DNA of 63,844 nucleotides, filler included, from Rhabdomonas costata (Eukaryota): NCBI GenBank assembly GCA_019059605.1. It is 14 parts of 14 records of this genome, joined end to end, with 100 filler letters (N's around TTAATTAATTAA, not from the genome) between each part and the next. Parts side by side here need not be neighbours in the genome. Positions count along the whole stretch, not along the records: positions 36,616 to 41,054 come from JAHMHO010000242.1; positions 41,155 to 45,591 come from JAHMHO010000243.1; positions 45,692 to 50,125 come from JAHMHO010000244.1; positions 50,226 to 54,647 come from JAHMHO010000245.1; 10 more parts are not named here. One strand, written 5' to 3'. Below are positions 39,350 through 52,832 of this stretch, one piece after another. How positions within the stretch are numbered: position 1 is the stretch's first letter; every line of letters begins with the position of its first letter. The translations under genes and the position numbers were made by a program. The notes beneath the pieces are model-generated. The model saw nothing but the letters and a program-made list of their open reading frames with translations, did not search any database and had not been told where the DNA came from.

Positions 39350-40819
39350 CTACTTGCGGACTGCGGTGCTGGGCTCACCACCGGTTTTGGCGGCCCTCAA
39401 CCGGGAGATTTCCTTCTCCAGGACCTGAATGAGAAAAACAAGCAGAGAGAACACAGACAGTGTAAAAAAAATCACCTTCAATGACTTCACGGTCGGCGAA
39501 ACGCACAGATAACGTCTTGCCTTAACCTCAATGCAACGTTAAGTCATGCCGTGAGCCTGAAAGGAAGGCGAATAAACAAGGTGCTCGATTGAGGGCAGCG
39601 ATGAGAATGACATACATATTCACCCAAGAGCAGGCTCCATCCTGTGTTGGGGTAATGACAGAGTGGAGAAATGGTAGCTAAGGCACCTTTGGATCAACGC
39701 CAAGACTCTTTCCAGCAAACCGATTAGTAAAACCGATGGCGACTATCCGATGCCTTGCATGCGCCAAAGTCACAGCCTCAGCACTCCCAGCACTACGGTT
39801 TCGGCTCAGACGCCATCAGACATGGAAAACAAAGGGATACGCCACCGCGACCCCGTCCCCGTATCGTCTTCCCACCTTTGATGGCCCCAGCGGCACTCCC
39901 AGGCTTCGAAGGTCATCTGGGGTAAGCTCCAGCAGCGCGACCTCGTCCACGCGTTCCTTGAAAAAAAGCATGACACCACACGGTTCGCGTGCGCAATCGA
40001 ACGAGACGAAAAGCCGGCTTCCAAGATTCGGTTGATCAAACAGAACATTTTTCGTTGCACATCGGAAACCTCATCGACAAGAACAGAGCACTCCCTCACC
40101 TTGAGCAGGAGCTCACGAATATCATCTTCAATACGAAGGTCTAGAAGCCACTTCGGAGCCTTCGAAGACCCTAAGGAAGCCACGAGCCACACAGTTACCA
40201 TGGAGCGCACAAGGGTTTCAGCAGCGCGTTTGTAGCATAATCAGCAATAATCTCCGAACCATAAACCATCGCCCCAGTCTGGCGGAGATCAAAATTGAGA
40301 ACAGAAGCGAGAAAAAGAAAGAATCGGCCATCATACCGCGCCACACAAAAACTTTAGCACTAAAGAGAGAATTCAAGGCCCAAAGCAGCGGCCAGAGCAT
40401 TAGTATAGTGAGGTCGGGAATCAGAGGGAAATGTTTCTTGTCTGACTGCAGGCTCCCAGTCGTCCGCGGTTTTCGACATCGGACAGAGAAGAGAAGTGGA
40501 TTTAGAGGATACTTTTGGAGGAGATCCAGGAGATCAATTGGATTACTTTGCAATGTTCAGGCTGGGACAAAATGAAACCGGAGTCCGCTTCGTTGCGCAC
40601 ATAATACCACTCAAAATGTTTGCTCTTTCTTTGTCGCTTGGTGTCCCACAACACCAATACGATGTTTATCAGACCTGTCGTGAGGGAGGTTGCACCAAGG
40701 CTGCTCAAGGCGTCAGCCTGGGGATGTGCAGGCAGCCGGACCGGGACCCCGTCCCCCACGGGGGTTCTCCGCAGGCAGCGACCCTCCTCGTACTGCACGT
40801 CGAACCGCTGCCCAGTTTT
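39350..40819 (-). CDS. SAM (sterile alpha motif) domain protein, 4 exons
   Basis: Exons 40819-40675, 40170-40100, 39956-39876 and 39424-39350 give KWLLDLRIEDDIRELLLKERVDEVALLELTPDDLRSLGVPLGPSKVLEKEISRLR, a SAM consensus split over three exons. The gene may stop at the TAG at 39350 or splice on toward the B-box exons. Confidence 0.8.
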
Positions 40820-43800
40820 CTGGGGCAACCACAGGCGTAAACGCCAGTTCAACTCACCAGAGTTGGATACAGAGAAAGGTTGCACAAACACAAAGTTCAA
40901 TGTGGATCAGAAAAAAGTTCGATTCAATTCATAGTTACCCAGCTCAACGTTCAGTTTATTTTCCTTCGGGCAAAGAGATAAAAAATCCATGTTAACAGTC
41001 TTCACAGTGCATCTGGCCTCATCGTCCCCCACACCCCCCAAACACACCCACCACNNNNNNNNNNNNNNNNNNNNNNNNNNNNNNNNNNNNNNNNNNNNTT
41101 AATTAATTAANNNNNNNNNNNNNNNNNNNNNNNNNNNNNNNNNNNNNNNNNNNNGCAAGCTGTTTAACAGCGCTAACCGCTAAACGGTTAAAAAATGTCA
41201 CTTTTTGAACGGGAATTTTCGTTCAGTGCGGATAGGGAAACTGTGTCGGCACTCGCACCGTTTGGGGAAGTACCGCAAATTCGCAGGGGGGGGGGGTCCC
41301 TGAAATGGTAGGCAGGAACGACGGGAGAGCGTCATGAAACAAATTCGTGAATCAGCACCACTCTCGGGTCACTTCGCCTCCTTTTTTCCACTGCATCATG
41401 CCTACTAACCACACAACAACACTGAGCACAGAACAGGTGGGGTACTGCTTTAGAAAAAGCTCCTAAACCAAATGATTCGATCGAAAAATTAAAAAAAAAT
41501 TCAATGATATTTGTTTTGATTCAAAATATAAATGTATCGAATGATTCTATTTATCGTGAAGCATGTACACAACACGATATTATATAAGGTGAAATGATTG
41601 ATTTCAAGCCGGATAATATACCAAATGATTACATAAACAATAATAACATTGGATTTGTTTTAGAAATTGATAAAATAATAAACGCTGAGCATCTGACATC
41701 TTATGGTGGAGTTCTGAGTTTACGTTGTAACGTACTTTATGTATCAGTTATGTGCAGTTTGGCATGATTTCGCAATATCCATTTATAATTTCGGCCGTTG
41801 TTGTTTTAGGAGGTTTTGTTCCGATGCCTCGTCGGAGGAAGAGGCTGTGCGCGAACAAACCGTAATACGTATTCAGACCAAAACACGCTATCACTTGCTC
41901 ACATACCAGCCCTGCAGCAGCCCCGACAAGCTTTTGCGGATGAATAGGTTTAGGTGTGTTTCGCGGAACAGAACGCCACGGATGCTTTCAAACCCCATCT
42001 CTGAAAGGCGTCATAAATCTGCTGACGAAGCGGGCAAATAAAGAAGACGCGGCCAGAAAAGCCTCCTGCCCCCCCCCTACGCTGTCAAATTTGCACCTCC
42101 CATGTATGAGCCTCCGAACGGGAGCTGAAAATCTCGCAATATTCATTCATCCCCGTTCACTTTAAGAGGATCACGGGGGAGTCCATAACAGTGGAACAGG
42201 TGTTCGAAAGAGTGGAGAAGGAAGACGGAAGACAGAGTTTGCGTTCAAACACCACAATTGTCGTATGCGTGCCAAGTTACGAACTGAACCTGCTCTTTCC
42301 CGAAGAACTGCCGTTGCTATAATTTCCCTCCAAACCCTGGCAAAGATGGGGCTCGACGGTATCCTTTGCAAAAGGAAGCCTTGATTCTGTGCTTGCACTG
42401 ATCCCACGGCATTGTCTCCTTTCTCAGCCGGTTAATTGCGGAACATGCTCGCGCCGTTCTTCTGTGCTCTCCTGATCTCTTTGACGCAAGGCTGGAGTAC
42501 CACGGTCTTCAGCGGCCTCATCGAAAGAGAGACGAGAGCAATGATCGTCCAATGGTTTTTAGCCGAAAAAAACAAGGAAAACGTCTCCTCCCTTGAAAGC
42601 ATTCGAAATACGGATCAAAAGTCTCCAGGACTATCTGCTTTTCAAGATTTTCTCTGAGGATGTATTCTGGTATGTATGTCTTTCATTCTGTCCGAAATTA
42701 AGAACGAAATCCAGGAATGGGGAAACAGGGCACTGTGGTTGTTTGGGATGAGTTTTTGTTCGGACAGAGTAAATACAACAGAAGGAGGTTTTTCGTAGTA
42801 AATCGTGGGTGGCAAGAGGGATAGAAATGAGGCAGACCACTTCTGTCAAGCGGTGCACGAAGAGAGCGAGAGAGAAGAAGAGAAAATTATATCACACCAA
42901 GAGGAAACATACTCGCAAATGTTTTGTGAAGCGAACAATTTTCTATTTGCTTCCTCCTGGAGCTAGCCGAACCCTGCAACAGAGTGCAGAAGCTGCTGAA
43001 AAAGCTTTCTGCTGACGTTTACGCAGACGAGTTTATCATTATCTGGTGAAAAGTATGCCCACCCTTTTGTGAACCACCCGACCTCCAAACGACAGTTTGT
43101 GTCAAAAACGAGTTGCACCACCGGCTCACCTCAAAGGGACTCGACGATAAAAATGGGGCAGGTTCCTCAGAGGAGTCAGAGGAGTCATTGTCGGTTTCAA
43201 CAACTTTTTGTTTCTCAGAACGGATACATCCAGGACTGCACCGTTCAAGGGGCACCTGTGTGGATCTTGGCCCTTCAGTGGTCGGCACCAGAATCGCCTT
43301 ACGCCACCAACGCCAACCTCCAGGAGAGGTTCCCCATCGGTGCCAATTTGACCCTGTGTGTGGGTAAAGTTCAAGGAGATCGATGGTCTGAAGGCCCTGG
43401 AAAACCCCTGCATTCACGTCAACCTTTTTCGCCCCTCCAGGGACACAGCGCGGTCAATTCCCTAAACAGCCGTTCAGATTTCAGCTCCCCGTCCCCTGCA
43501 GAGCATGTACAACCTACACACCCGAAGAACATGGACGACCACAACCAGAACTGAGGTCTGAACGCCTTCCTGCAAGCAATTGCTACTTGCAAACCTGCTC
43601 GCTAGCCTCACAAGCGACAAAGCTCAGGAAAAGTCGCCCGTGGCAGAGAAATTTCCACCAGATGGGCTCCCTGTGTTGCCATCAGCTATGAAGGAAGCGC
43701 ACACCACTCTTAAAAGCTTGGGCCCTTTGAAGACAAGCAAGCTGCCCAATCGGATGTCCGGCACTTTTGGAACGCGCTCAGCGAAGCAGCGAAAGAGGAC

Positions 43801-45747
43801 ATCTGCAAGTTGGTGCAAGAAACCAAATCAAATTGTGTCCGAAAAATGACCTCCGTCATCCGCCGTTCCGCGACAGAGCATGGAGTTCATGCATTAGTGA
43901 CACCCTCAAAACTACAAAAACTGGCAACTACCGCTCACGTCGCCCTCCTCGAACTGTGACTGGGTTAAGGTTGCCAAAAGAGAGTCAACTTGAATGGTTG
44001 GAGCTATTCCACGTACAGTTCCACCAGTTCAATTCATGAACCCCTTGAAAGGGAGGGTTTTCCACCTCCAGGCAACAGTTCCGCGAGACAAAGCCGTCAC
44101 GGCCTCTGGCCTCTCTAGGCTTTTTTCCTCGCAGTGCTGACCCTGGCGAACGAGAGCTGCGCTGTAAGTGCGAGTGGTTGAGCATCCAGAAAAAAGAGTC
44201 GTGAGAGACGCTTTAGGGTAGCTGATGGGAAGGGTGAGGTGCGCTTCTGTTGTGTCTCTTCCTGTGCACTGACTCTGTACTCTGTGTGAGATTAGAGAGA
44301 AATGTTTTTCTGACATCTTTGGCTGTGGGTGAATTTCAATGTGAGGGTGAAGTTTGACGCGGGTGAATGTTGACGTGGGGGTGAATCTTGACGTTTTCTG
44401 GTGGTTTTCAATGTAGGGGTCATTACGAGGGAATTTGCTCATTTCCAAGCTTGTCGGAGAATACCGTACTGCCACTACTCTGGTGAAAAAAGAAATGCCC
44501 AAAACTGCAAATTGATAAGTCCAAAGTTTAAAGCTGCAAACTGCAAATTCCCAAAGGTGCAATTGCGCAAGTCTGCAAGCCAACCCAAGTCCATTTCTTT
44601 CATTTCAGTCGTAGCACAGTCGGCTTTGTCACACAACAGGTACATAATTAGTCTGGTGCAAACTTCGCTCGAGTACGAGACTTTTCCGTAAAAACTCTAT
44701 CAACACTGTTGGTTCGGAACAAGACCACCCAAGAAACAGGGGCTTCACGCTATACATTCGTGTACGTGTACGTGTGGCTCTGATACAAAGGTCCCTTTCA
44801 TTCCATTACAGACTATTTCACGTTGGATATCCCACTCCGACTTCTCCAAATTGGACGAGACCCATCAATGACATCTTCTATTCATGCAAAACCCTCTCTA
44901 TATCCTCTATTCACTTCAAGAAACTAGCCTCAAGGAGTGGTATGTTCCATATGTTTGTTTTGTGAATTTCCGAAAGTACACATCCAGTTGCCAATTTATT
45001 GACAGCTGCTCCCAGCCTCCGCCCCCATCACATACTCTTCCTCTCATTCTCAGAAGGACATTACACTTGACCCGATACATGCCTCATTGCACAATGGAGG
45101 GAGATCTGAAAACTCCGATCTTTCGTGAACACCTGTAGAAGCTCGGAGATCGCTAACGACCGGCCTCTTTGGAAGGCATCCGAAACACGAAACATGGGGC
45201 CGCAGCATCCAATTGATAATCCAAAGCTCCTTGTCCCAAAGGCAGTGGCCAACGCGATTGGACGTCGCTCCCTTTGCGCCAATTGCCAGCCGTCCTCGGC
45301 GGACAGCAAATGAGAAGGTTAAAATGTTTTAAACAGTGTGCAGCCTGAGTGCTTTTTTAAACTGCACAGCGAGCCAAGGGAGTTCCTGGCACAGAAAAAA
45401 GGAGTGTGTCTTTGCGGTCAATAGGAGACCCAAGACAATGAGTCTAAGACGATCCTGAATTACAAACCGCTTTTGTGAGGGAAAGAAAGTACTAGCTTCG
45501 TCATGCATCATCTATTCTCGTTGCCATTTTCGAGGATTTCTTATCGTTCTCCTAACCACCCTTGCTCGCTGTGCAGTTTAAAAAACCACCCNNNNNNNNN
45601 NNNNNNNNNNNNNNNNNNNNNNNNNNNNNNNNNNNTTAATTAATTAANNNNNNNNNNNNNNNNNNNNNNNNNNNNNNNNNNNNNNNNNNNNGTTTTTGTT
45701 GGAGAAATGTCGGAGGCATCTCTGACTCCAATGGACGAGCGCGGGCT

Positions 45748-45865
45748 ATGACAAAAAAATTGGCACTGTAAAATGGTGGGATCCTGGTAAAGGGTTTGGT
45801 TTTATCAAGCCTATAGACAAGAACCAAGATGTGTTTCTATATTGGAAAGAGCTAGCCCAAATTAG
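45748..45865 (+). pseudogene. Cold-shock domain, N-terminal half only
   Basis: KIGTVKWWDPGKGFGFIKPIDKNQDVFLYWKEL carries RNP1/RNP2-like motifs. The ATG at 45748 is out of frame by one base in an A7 run, and the second half of the domain is not evident. Confidence 0.7.
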
Positions 45866-47131
45866 CCCATGCATACCATGTCGTGGTGCTGCAGAATCCT
45901 GCCACTGATGAAAGTCGCAGGTGGCTTCCCTCTGGTATTGAGCCGGACCTGTGCACAGCGAACTTCCGCGAGTGCCCAAATGAGCGAGTGCTTCGGTGCT
46001 TATGTGTATTTGTGTTTGTGGGCGTGTTAGGAGCTTCTGGGGCACCACTGCGCCGTTCTGGACCTCGCGGTTAGCCCGAGCCGGCGGTGGGCCGTGTCGT
46101 GCTCCGATGACCACACCCTTCGGGCCTTCGCGTTGCCCTTCCCTTCATGAGGCCAGGCTCAGGGGGAAGGGATACTGCCCGACCCGCACTTATTGGTTCA
46201 CATTGGCATTCGCACCTGAATCATTTGGGGTGATTTTGGGGACCTTTGGTGAGCGCCCAAATATGCGGGCAAGAGGAGCTGTGGGTGTTCCTTTGTCATG
46301 TGGGATGCTTGCCGGGGTAGGGGTAGTGGGTGATCGGTTGAGGAGTTGCGTTGTGTAGGGTGCACCACTCTGCAGCATAGTAATAGGGGACAATTGATAA
46401 TTGGTATCTGGGGGCTGGGGGCGAGGGCGTTAAGCGTTCAGCAGTGAACGTTGTTGAACGTTGACACGATTAAGCATCAGCTTTTGGCATCCCCCCCTTT
46501 TTGCCGAACGACGCTAGCGGGTTTCAACCAGAAGAAATTTTCAGGAGCTTCCTTTTCTGTTGAAATCTCGCTTGGTATCTCGGCAAATCAATCCGTTCAA
46601 CGGCTGGGGTAGAGCACCAAACCGGCACGAACGAACGCAAGAAACACAGAGGATAATGTGCAAAAGGCAAAATCCGGTTTAAACAGGGCTAGGGTACGAA
46701 GGAGCCGGGGGAGGGGGAGGGGCCAGAGAAAAGAGATCTAACTTTGCTGTTGTGTACAAGGTGGTGCCTTCACTCCCTCCACATCCCCACCCCTTGCGCT
46801 GATGGCGGCTAACTACTATTGCACTGACATTCTCTTCAAACCGTTCCCTCTCTCACCAGACCTTTGCCCTGGGCAAATTCCTGGAACGCAAATCTCATCT
46901 CCACCTTCCAGTCCGTTTTTTTGGCCCGCCACCTCTCCTCCGTACTCCAGCATTTTTTGTTCACCCGGTAGTCTCTCTCCGCTTTGGTTTCGGGCTTCCC
47001 TGTACCGTCCCACTCTCTCCTGCCCTCCGCAGCTTCTTTCCTCCGCCTCAAAACCGCAACCCTCAGCTCCCCGCACACCCTCACCCTCCCTTTTCCCTTT
47101 TCCTGTACTAACAACAACCCCTCGGGAAGCA

Positions 47132-49159
47132 ATGAAGTGGGTGGTGGGCGTCGACGGCTCTTCGGCGTCGCAAAAGGCGATCGCCCGGCTGGCAACCCTG
47201 GCCCGCGACGGCGACGAGGTGTCCATGTTCCACTGCTTTACCAGCCCCAGCGCAAGCCTGGGTATGGCGCACATGTGCATGTACGAGCATGGTTTGTGTT
47301 TCCTTCTTGGCGCCATCCACATGCACACCTTCGCGTTGTTCACCTGGCTTTTAGTTGTTGTCGTTGTTTTTGCATTTTAGCGCACGCAATTGCGTCTGGG
47401 AATGGTGCCACCTGACCCAAGGTGCCAATCCGGGTAGTAAAGTGTACTTAGCTTGCTCCCTGGGAAGTTACGTTTTGGACAATTTATCTTGAAGGGCTTT
47501 TGATGACCGTGATTGCCGATATGAACTACCGAGGCCGTGAGCGATTGGGGGTCGCGCATGTAGCTCTGAGCGATGCATCCGGACGTCCTCTGCTATGTTG
47601 TGTTTGAGTATATTGGGAAGTGTCCATTGCGCATGTGTTGGTGGGTCTTTCAGCCCAAGTGTCTGACCAGCAGTCCCGGAAAGACCTGGTGACCCACGAC
47701 CTCAGCAAGCTGGACACAGCGGCCTCCGAGCAGGCCAAGGACGTGCTTCGGGAGGCCAAGGAAACCTACTCCATCCTGGTGCGTGGCTCCAGTTTTGTGT
47801 CCTTATTGTGACTCTCTGCTGTCGTTAAAATTTCAAAGAAAAGGGCTGAGGAACAAGCAGAAATGCCTCCGACCAATCACGCACTGGGTGAAGGCCACAT
47901 ACATTGAAGTCCTTCCTTTTTAGGTTCGGCCATCACTGCCAGCTCGAAATGGGTGCTAAGAATTAGCTGCGATGCAGCAGCGATGTAGATGCGCCGTGCC
48001 ACTTCTTTTCGTGTGCACATGTTCTCGTTTTGCCTGCCCCGTGGACGCGAAACCCCGTTTCCTGGGGCATACCTGGAGTGTTCTGCACTTGTGGACGTTG
48101 GCTTAATGCATTCCGCCCTATCCTATCTCTCTCTGCACTGACCCTTCCACCACTCCGATGTGCACTGCTTCGTGCTCCGCGCCGGATTTTGAACCGGATT
48201 TTGAACCGGATTTTTTTTTCCGGATGTTTCGGATTTAGGCCCACCCCACATGCCGCCGCTCAAACTGTGCTGTTCTCCCGTACTCTTCCGTCTCCTCTTC
48301 TCTTTGTATCTGTGCGGCTGTTGTGTGCGCCGGACTTTGACCCCTTCTTTTGAGTTTGCTGCGGGACCGTGGGTACGGGCCTGAAGAGAAATAAGTATGT
48401 TTCATGAATCGTGATTTGTGTGCAGCACGGCCGAGGCAAGGTGCAGACAGTCTTGGAGCAGAGCGCTGACTGCAAGAGCAAAATCGTGGACTGGTGCGAT
48501 AACCACAAGATCGACAGCATCGTATGCTCGCCCCCCCTCCCCAGTCTGCCCCTTCCTTTTCGCTGATGGACAGCAATGAAGAGAAGAAAAGGACGAGGAG
48601 GAGATGGTTCGGTCTTTCATCAGATTACTTTTCTTTGGATAGGCTACCTTCAGTTTTCCTTCCCACGTGCCCGCTGTGTGCTGCGTTGTCCCGCGTTGGC
48701 GCAGGTCCTGGGAAACCGAAGCCTCAGCCAAATGGAGAGGTGTGGTGATGCTATCTGATTCTCCGGGGCCGTGCTCTTGGTGCTCTCTTTCAACACCACC
48801 ATACGGCATCATTCATTTTTGGAGGGGTTGTTCTCAATCTTGAAAACTCCAAGTCCATTTATCTGGTCATTGGTCACCACAAAACCCGATTCCTGTGGAC
48901 CTCGGCTGCGTTTCAGACCTTCTGCTTCATTGCAGCATCGGAGCCAAGTACAAAAACGGACATTAGGACTTAGCCTTTATCGCGGGCGTGAGCTTTCTGA
49001 ATTGGCTTTGCATTGTGGTGGTGCATGCTCATTGCGCTGTGCCAGTGGTGTGTATGGCTCTTTGGGTGGTGGTGGGGTGACCTCAGGTGGCTGATGGGCT
49101 CTGTCAGCCGCTTCGTCGTGCTGCATTCTCAGTACTCTTCGGTGTTTGTGGTGAAATAA
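47132..49159 (+). CDS. Universal stress protein (UspA family), complete, 5 exons
   Basis: Exons 47132-47261, 47654-47778, 48426-48521, 48705-48739 and 49087-49159 give MKWVVGVDGSSASQKAI...DCKSKIVDWCDNHKIDSIVLGNRSLSQMERWLMGSVSRFVVLHSQYSSVFVVK*. Confidence 0.93.
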
Positions 49160-51035
49160 GCTGCGGCCCGCTGGCAGCAGCTGTTCACACCCCAATCCCT
49201 TCTGCTTGCTCCGTCTTTTTTTTAGACATTCACGGGACTTCTTTTTTCTCGTCTTCTCCTGCCCCACATCCACGTCATCTCGTCTTCCATTGCGCCTGCC
49301 GAAGACACCTTATATAGGTATGGCAGCCTGGCCTGTTGTCCGCAGTGCGCCTGGCTGCTACTGCCACAATCGGCTTTTTGAGTGGGTGACTCATGGCTGA
49401 GTGAGTGGTTGTGCGTTGTTGTGTCTACCCTCCTCCAATAGTGGGAGAGATCGTGGATATGCCTTTCCGAGCCAGTCGCTTCAGAAACAAAGGCTCTAAT
49501 GGGACCACTGCTTCCTCACCAAAGGAGCCTCTTCACTCAGCATTCTTTTTTTAGAAAGAAAGGGAGAAAAAGTCACAGAGATGGACATTTTGGACATTTT
49601 TGTCGCCCAAAAACGGGCACCGACAACGCGGAAAAGGAAACCTTAACAGTGGTCAAGGACTATGTGGAAAAGTTATGTGGGGGAAGGGAATGGGAAGGTG
49701 CAGAAGGAGGGTTGTGACATAATTGGGTTGAAAAATGCAAAGAAGTCAACCGTAATCATTCTTGGTGTATGAGGATGTCTAGCACCACTGCTTGCAGGGG
49801 AACCCCCGTAAAGGCCTCATACATGCCGCAACGTCGCAACATAACCGATGACATCCTTTTCCAGGATGCCACACACAGGCTTCCCACAGGCTTCGATCTG
49901 CTTCCTTTTTTTTGCAGACACACTAATCCTTTCCTTGCTGTGTTTGGGATCCTCCCTCTGTCTGTGTTGTTTTGCATGCTCATGGTTCCTGCCGGGGGCT
50001 GAATGGGGTCCCTGACCCACTCTTGTGGCTTCACCCCCGTTCCCATTACCAACAACAACAACAACCACTACCAACCCAACACATGATTTAAGCGCGTGTG
50101 AGTGGTCCTGTGAACTGCCTCACTCNNNNNNNNNNNNNNNNNNNNNNNNNNNNNNNNNNNNNNNNNNNNTTAATTAATTAANNNNNNNNNNNNNNNNNNN
50201 NNNNNNNNNNNNNNNNNNNNNNNNNGTGCTCATTGTGTCTTGCGGTGCCACCACTCATCCTACTCCCGATGGGTGGCCTGATGGGTTGGATCAGACTTTT
50301 CAGCCGGTTGTCGATGTCCCTGAGCAGCAACTGGAAAACTACACTCGGAGAAGAGGTGAAGTGTGCGCATCATAATAAAAAGAGCACGCCAGCAAATTTT
50401 GGGCTTTCAGGAGATTGGATTCCGGGAGCATCCACCATTTGAAGGTCCCCTGCGCACGCTACCAGAAGGGCCGAAAACACCCCATCGTCAGATAGAATGT
50501 TGGCTGCCAGATTGCCTTGCCCACAAGTTCTCTCAGTGATAATTACGCCGGCAAGATCCGGAAAACTGGCCCTAATTCCTCTGTTGCATCTGTTGCATGA
50601 AGATCTGAATCCCCGGCTCTCAAGTCGCCAAAGGACACCGAAAGGGAATCGTACCGGGGACCAAGGGTGAACCAACGGTAAAAAGTGCAATGCCACCGAC
50701 TGCAGTTGAACTTATTGAACAAGGCGCGGGGATGGAACAAGAACATAAAAGCGCACAAGCAGAACAGTGCACAAGAGTGCGAAACAGCCCATTCGGCACA
50801 AGAGAAAACCTTCCGGAACCTTCCGCACCCAGGACTGAACATAAACAGGTTGTAATTGAAAGGCAGTGAGCACCCTCTCATTTGGAGACAGCAGATCGAG
50901 GGATGGGAGTGAGCGCCAGCGAGATCACAGGATGGCCCTTTGCTTTGCTGATTCTAACGCCCGGAATAGAGCAAAACACATCCAGCGACTTGCGTGAGCC
51001 ATCTGCTTGCTTCAACCAGGCATTTTGTATTTCAG

Positions 51036-51565
51036 GGTACTTTCTTGGGGTCGACGGAATCCTGCGGAAGCTTGCCCGGGACTCCGAGAACGTCGACGCC
51101 GGATGGATGAACAATCCAGAGATAAGCAATTTTGAGACCATTCGCCACAAGATGGAGCGGTGCGAGAGTTTCTTCAGCGACTACAAGGCGGTGCTCTCTC
51201 TGGACCTCTCCTGGCTGCCCGTGGCTTTGCTCCAGACCCCGGAGCGGTTTCCTCAGTTTGTACCGGAGCCTGTCCGGCACCACCTGGAGCTCTGCCGCAA
51301 CAAGTCCAGCAAGGGAGTGCTTCACCGCCTGCCCACACTCCGCGCTCACCGTATTTTGTGCTGCCGCGGCTCTGTGATCCGAGTGGACTCCATTCAGTGG
51401 GGGCAGAGCCCCGCCTCGCCCTGCCTGCCCATCCCCACACAGGCTCTGCGCTCGGCGTGCGAGGGGAAGCCTCAGTGTGAGTTTGAGCTGAACGAAGCCT
51501 TCGGAGGAAGCTTCGCAGTCACCTCGCCAGCGTTTGAGACAAAATTAGCGTGTGTTTTTCCATGA
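51036..51565 (+). CDS. GT17 glycosyltransferase, last exon of the upstream copy, with a Cys-rich lectin-like C-terminus
   Basis: The exon begins in phase 1 (G|GG TAC TTT), complementing the GWHLG| donor seen in the downstream paralogue. It reads YFLGVDGILRKL...LPVALLQTPERFPQF, then a C...IRVDSIQWG...C...ACEGKPQC...FG...C module. Confidence 0.7.
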
Positions 51566-52832
51566 GCTGCTTGCAAACACTCACAAATCTCTCTTCGCTA
51601 CGAACTCGTGTTTTCGGAGCAGCCCTCGTTGTGATCTCGGGTTTGCACTCTTTGACTTCCTTCGGGTTTTGCGGAGGTTTGGACCACTTGAATAAGTCCG
51701 TACTCTGCTCAGAGAGCAAGCGCTTCTTGGCAGGAGAGTTACAATAAGGGAAGTCTGTGAAGCGGAATGTTTCCTCACAAATCTGGTATCACGGAGAGCA
51801 CTCTTTCTCGATCTTGTACCTCTCCGGCTCTCCTTCCTTTCCTCTACTCAGTTGGTTGCTGTATCTTTTCATTGTATAACGACCTTCTATGCATTCCTAT
51901 CACTGACCTCCTTTCTGTTTCCTCTTTCAATGACAGGCATCGCTGTGGACACGTTATTTGGATAACTGCGGGGTGTGTGAAACACGTGCCGAAACTGGGA
52001 TGATTTTTCGTGAATAGTAATTTTTCCGGGGGGGGTCAGACTTTTGCATTTCCTTTTTTTTCTTTTGCTTTTGTTTTCCATTTTCGTCTTTGGCAACCGC
52101 GTCATCCCACACCAAATCGATAGGTTCTCAAGTTTCTTTGAGCAAACTGTGCAAATGAAAACCTTCGTCCTTTTCTGTCAAGATAGAATGAGCAACTTTC
52201 TGGTTCTGGTTATTCAGTTTTAAGTCTTCACGGGCAATAACAGGTTTCAGTGGCAGCGTCGTTGCCTTCCGGCTTGACAGAAGAAGACAAGCAAAGTGGA
52301 ATAATCACACAAAGTGGTTACTGGGATTTGCAACAAACTCCGTTGCCACGAAGAATCCGGTCCCATTACCAGTCACATTAAGCGAGATTCGGTTATGCCC
52401 CGAGAGAGATTCCGCTTCATGCGAACATATTTTCCTTTTTTATCGACTATAGAATCAAAAAAAAGTGCCCAAAAGTTTCTTCTGTGTGCGTTTGTGTTTG
52501 GGGTTAAAATGTGCCATTGAGGTTCCCAAGAACCTCCGCCCAGGAGCAAAGGGGTTGTTTGTACGCCCAGAAGCGGTCAGGCAATGGGAGAGTATTCGAA
52601 ATCCCGGTTGTGGCAGAAAAGATCTCCACGAAAAAATGCCTTCTGCTCGAAGTGTGTGTTGTGTGTATGTTTCTACCCAGCGTGCTTCTTGCCTCTCTTT
52701 GAATTTCCCTTGACCTGTTCACACTTCAGCTCAGTACTTTTTTCTTCCTTGTTTGAACCTTATTTGTGGAGGATTTTGCATGCCTCTTTGTTTTGTCTTG
52801 CTTTAGCCCACCACTCTCCTCTCTTTCTGGGA

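Noticed and set aside
44920-45010. Minus-strand TYHSLR resembling a tyrosine recombinase HxLR motif
   Set aside because: It is a short motif followed by stops, with no other recombinase motifs recognisable.
45354-45585. About 27-bp inverted repeat
   Set aside because: The right arm is at the contig end, the same artefact class.
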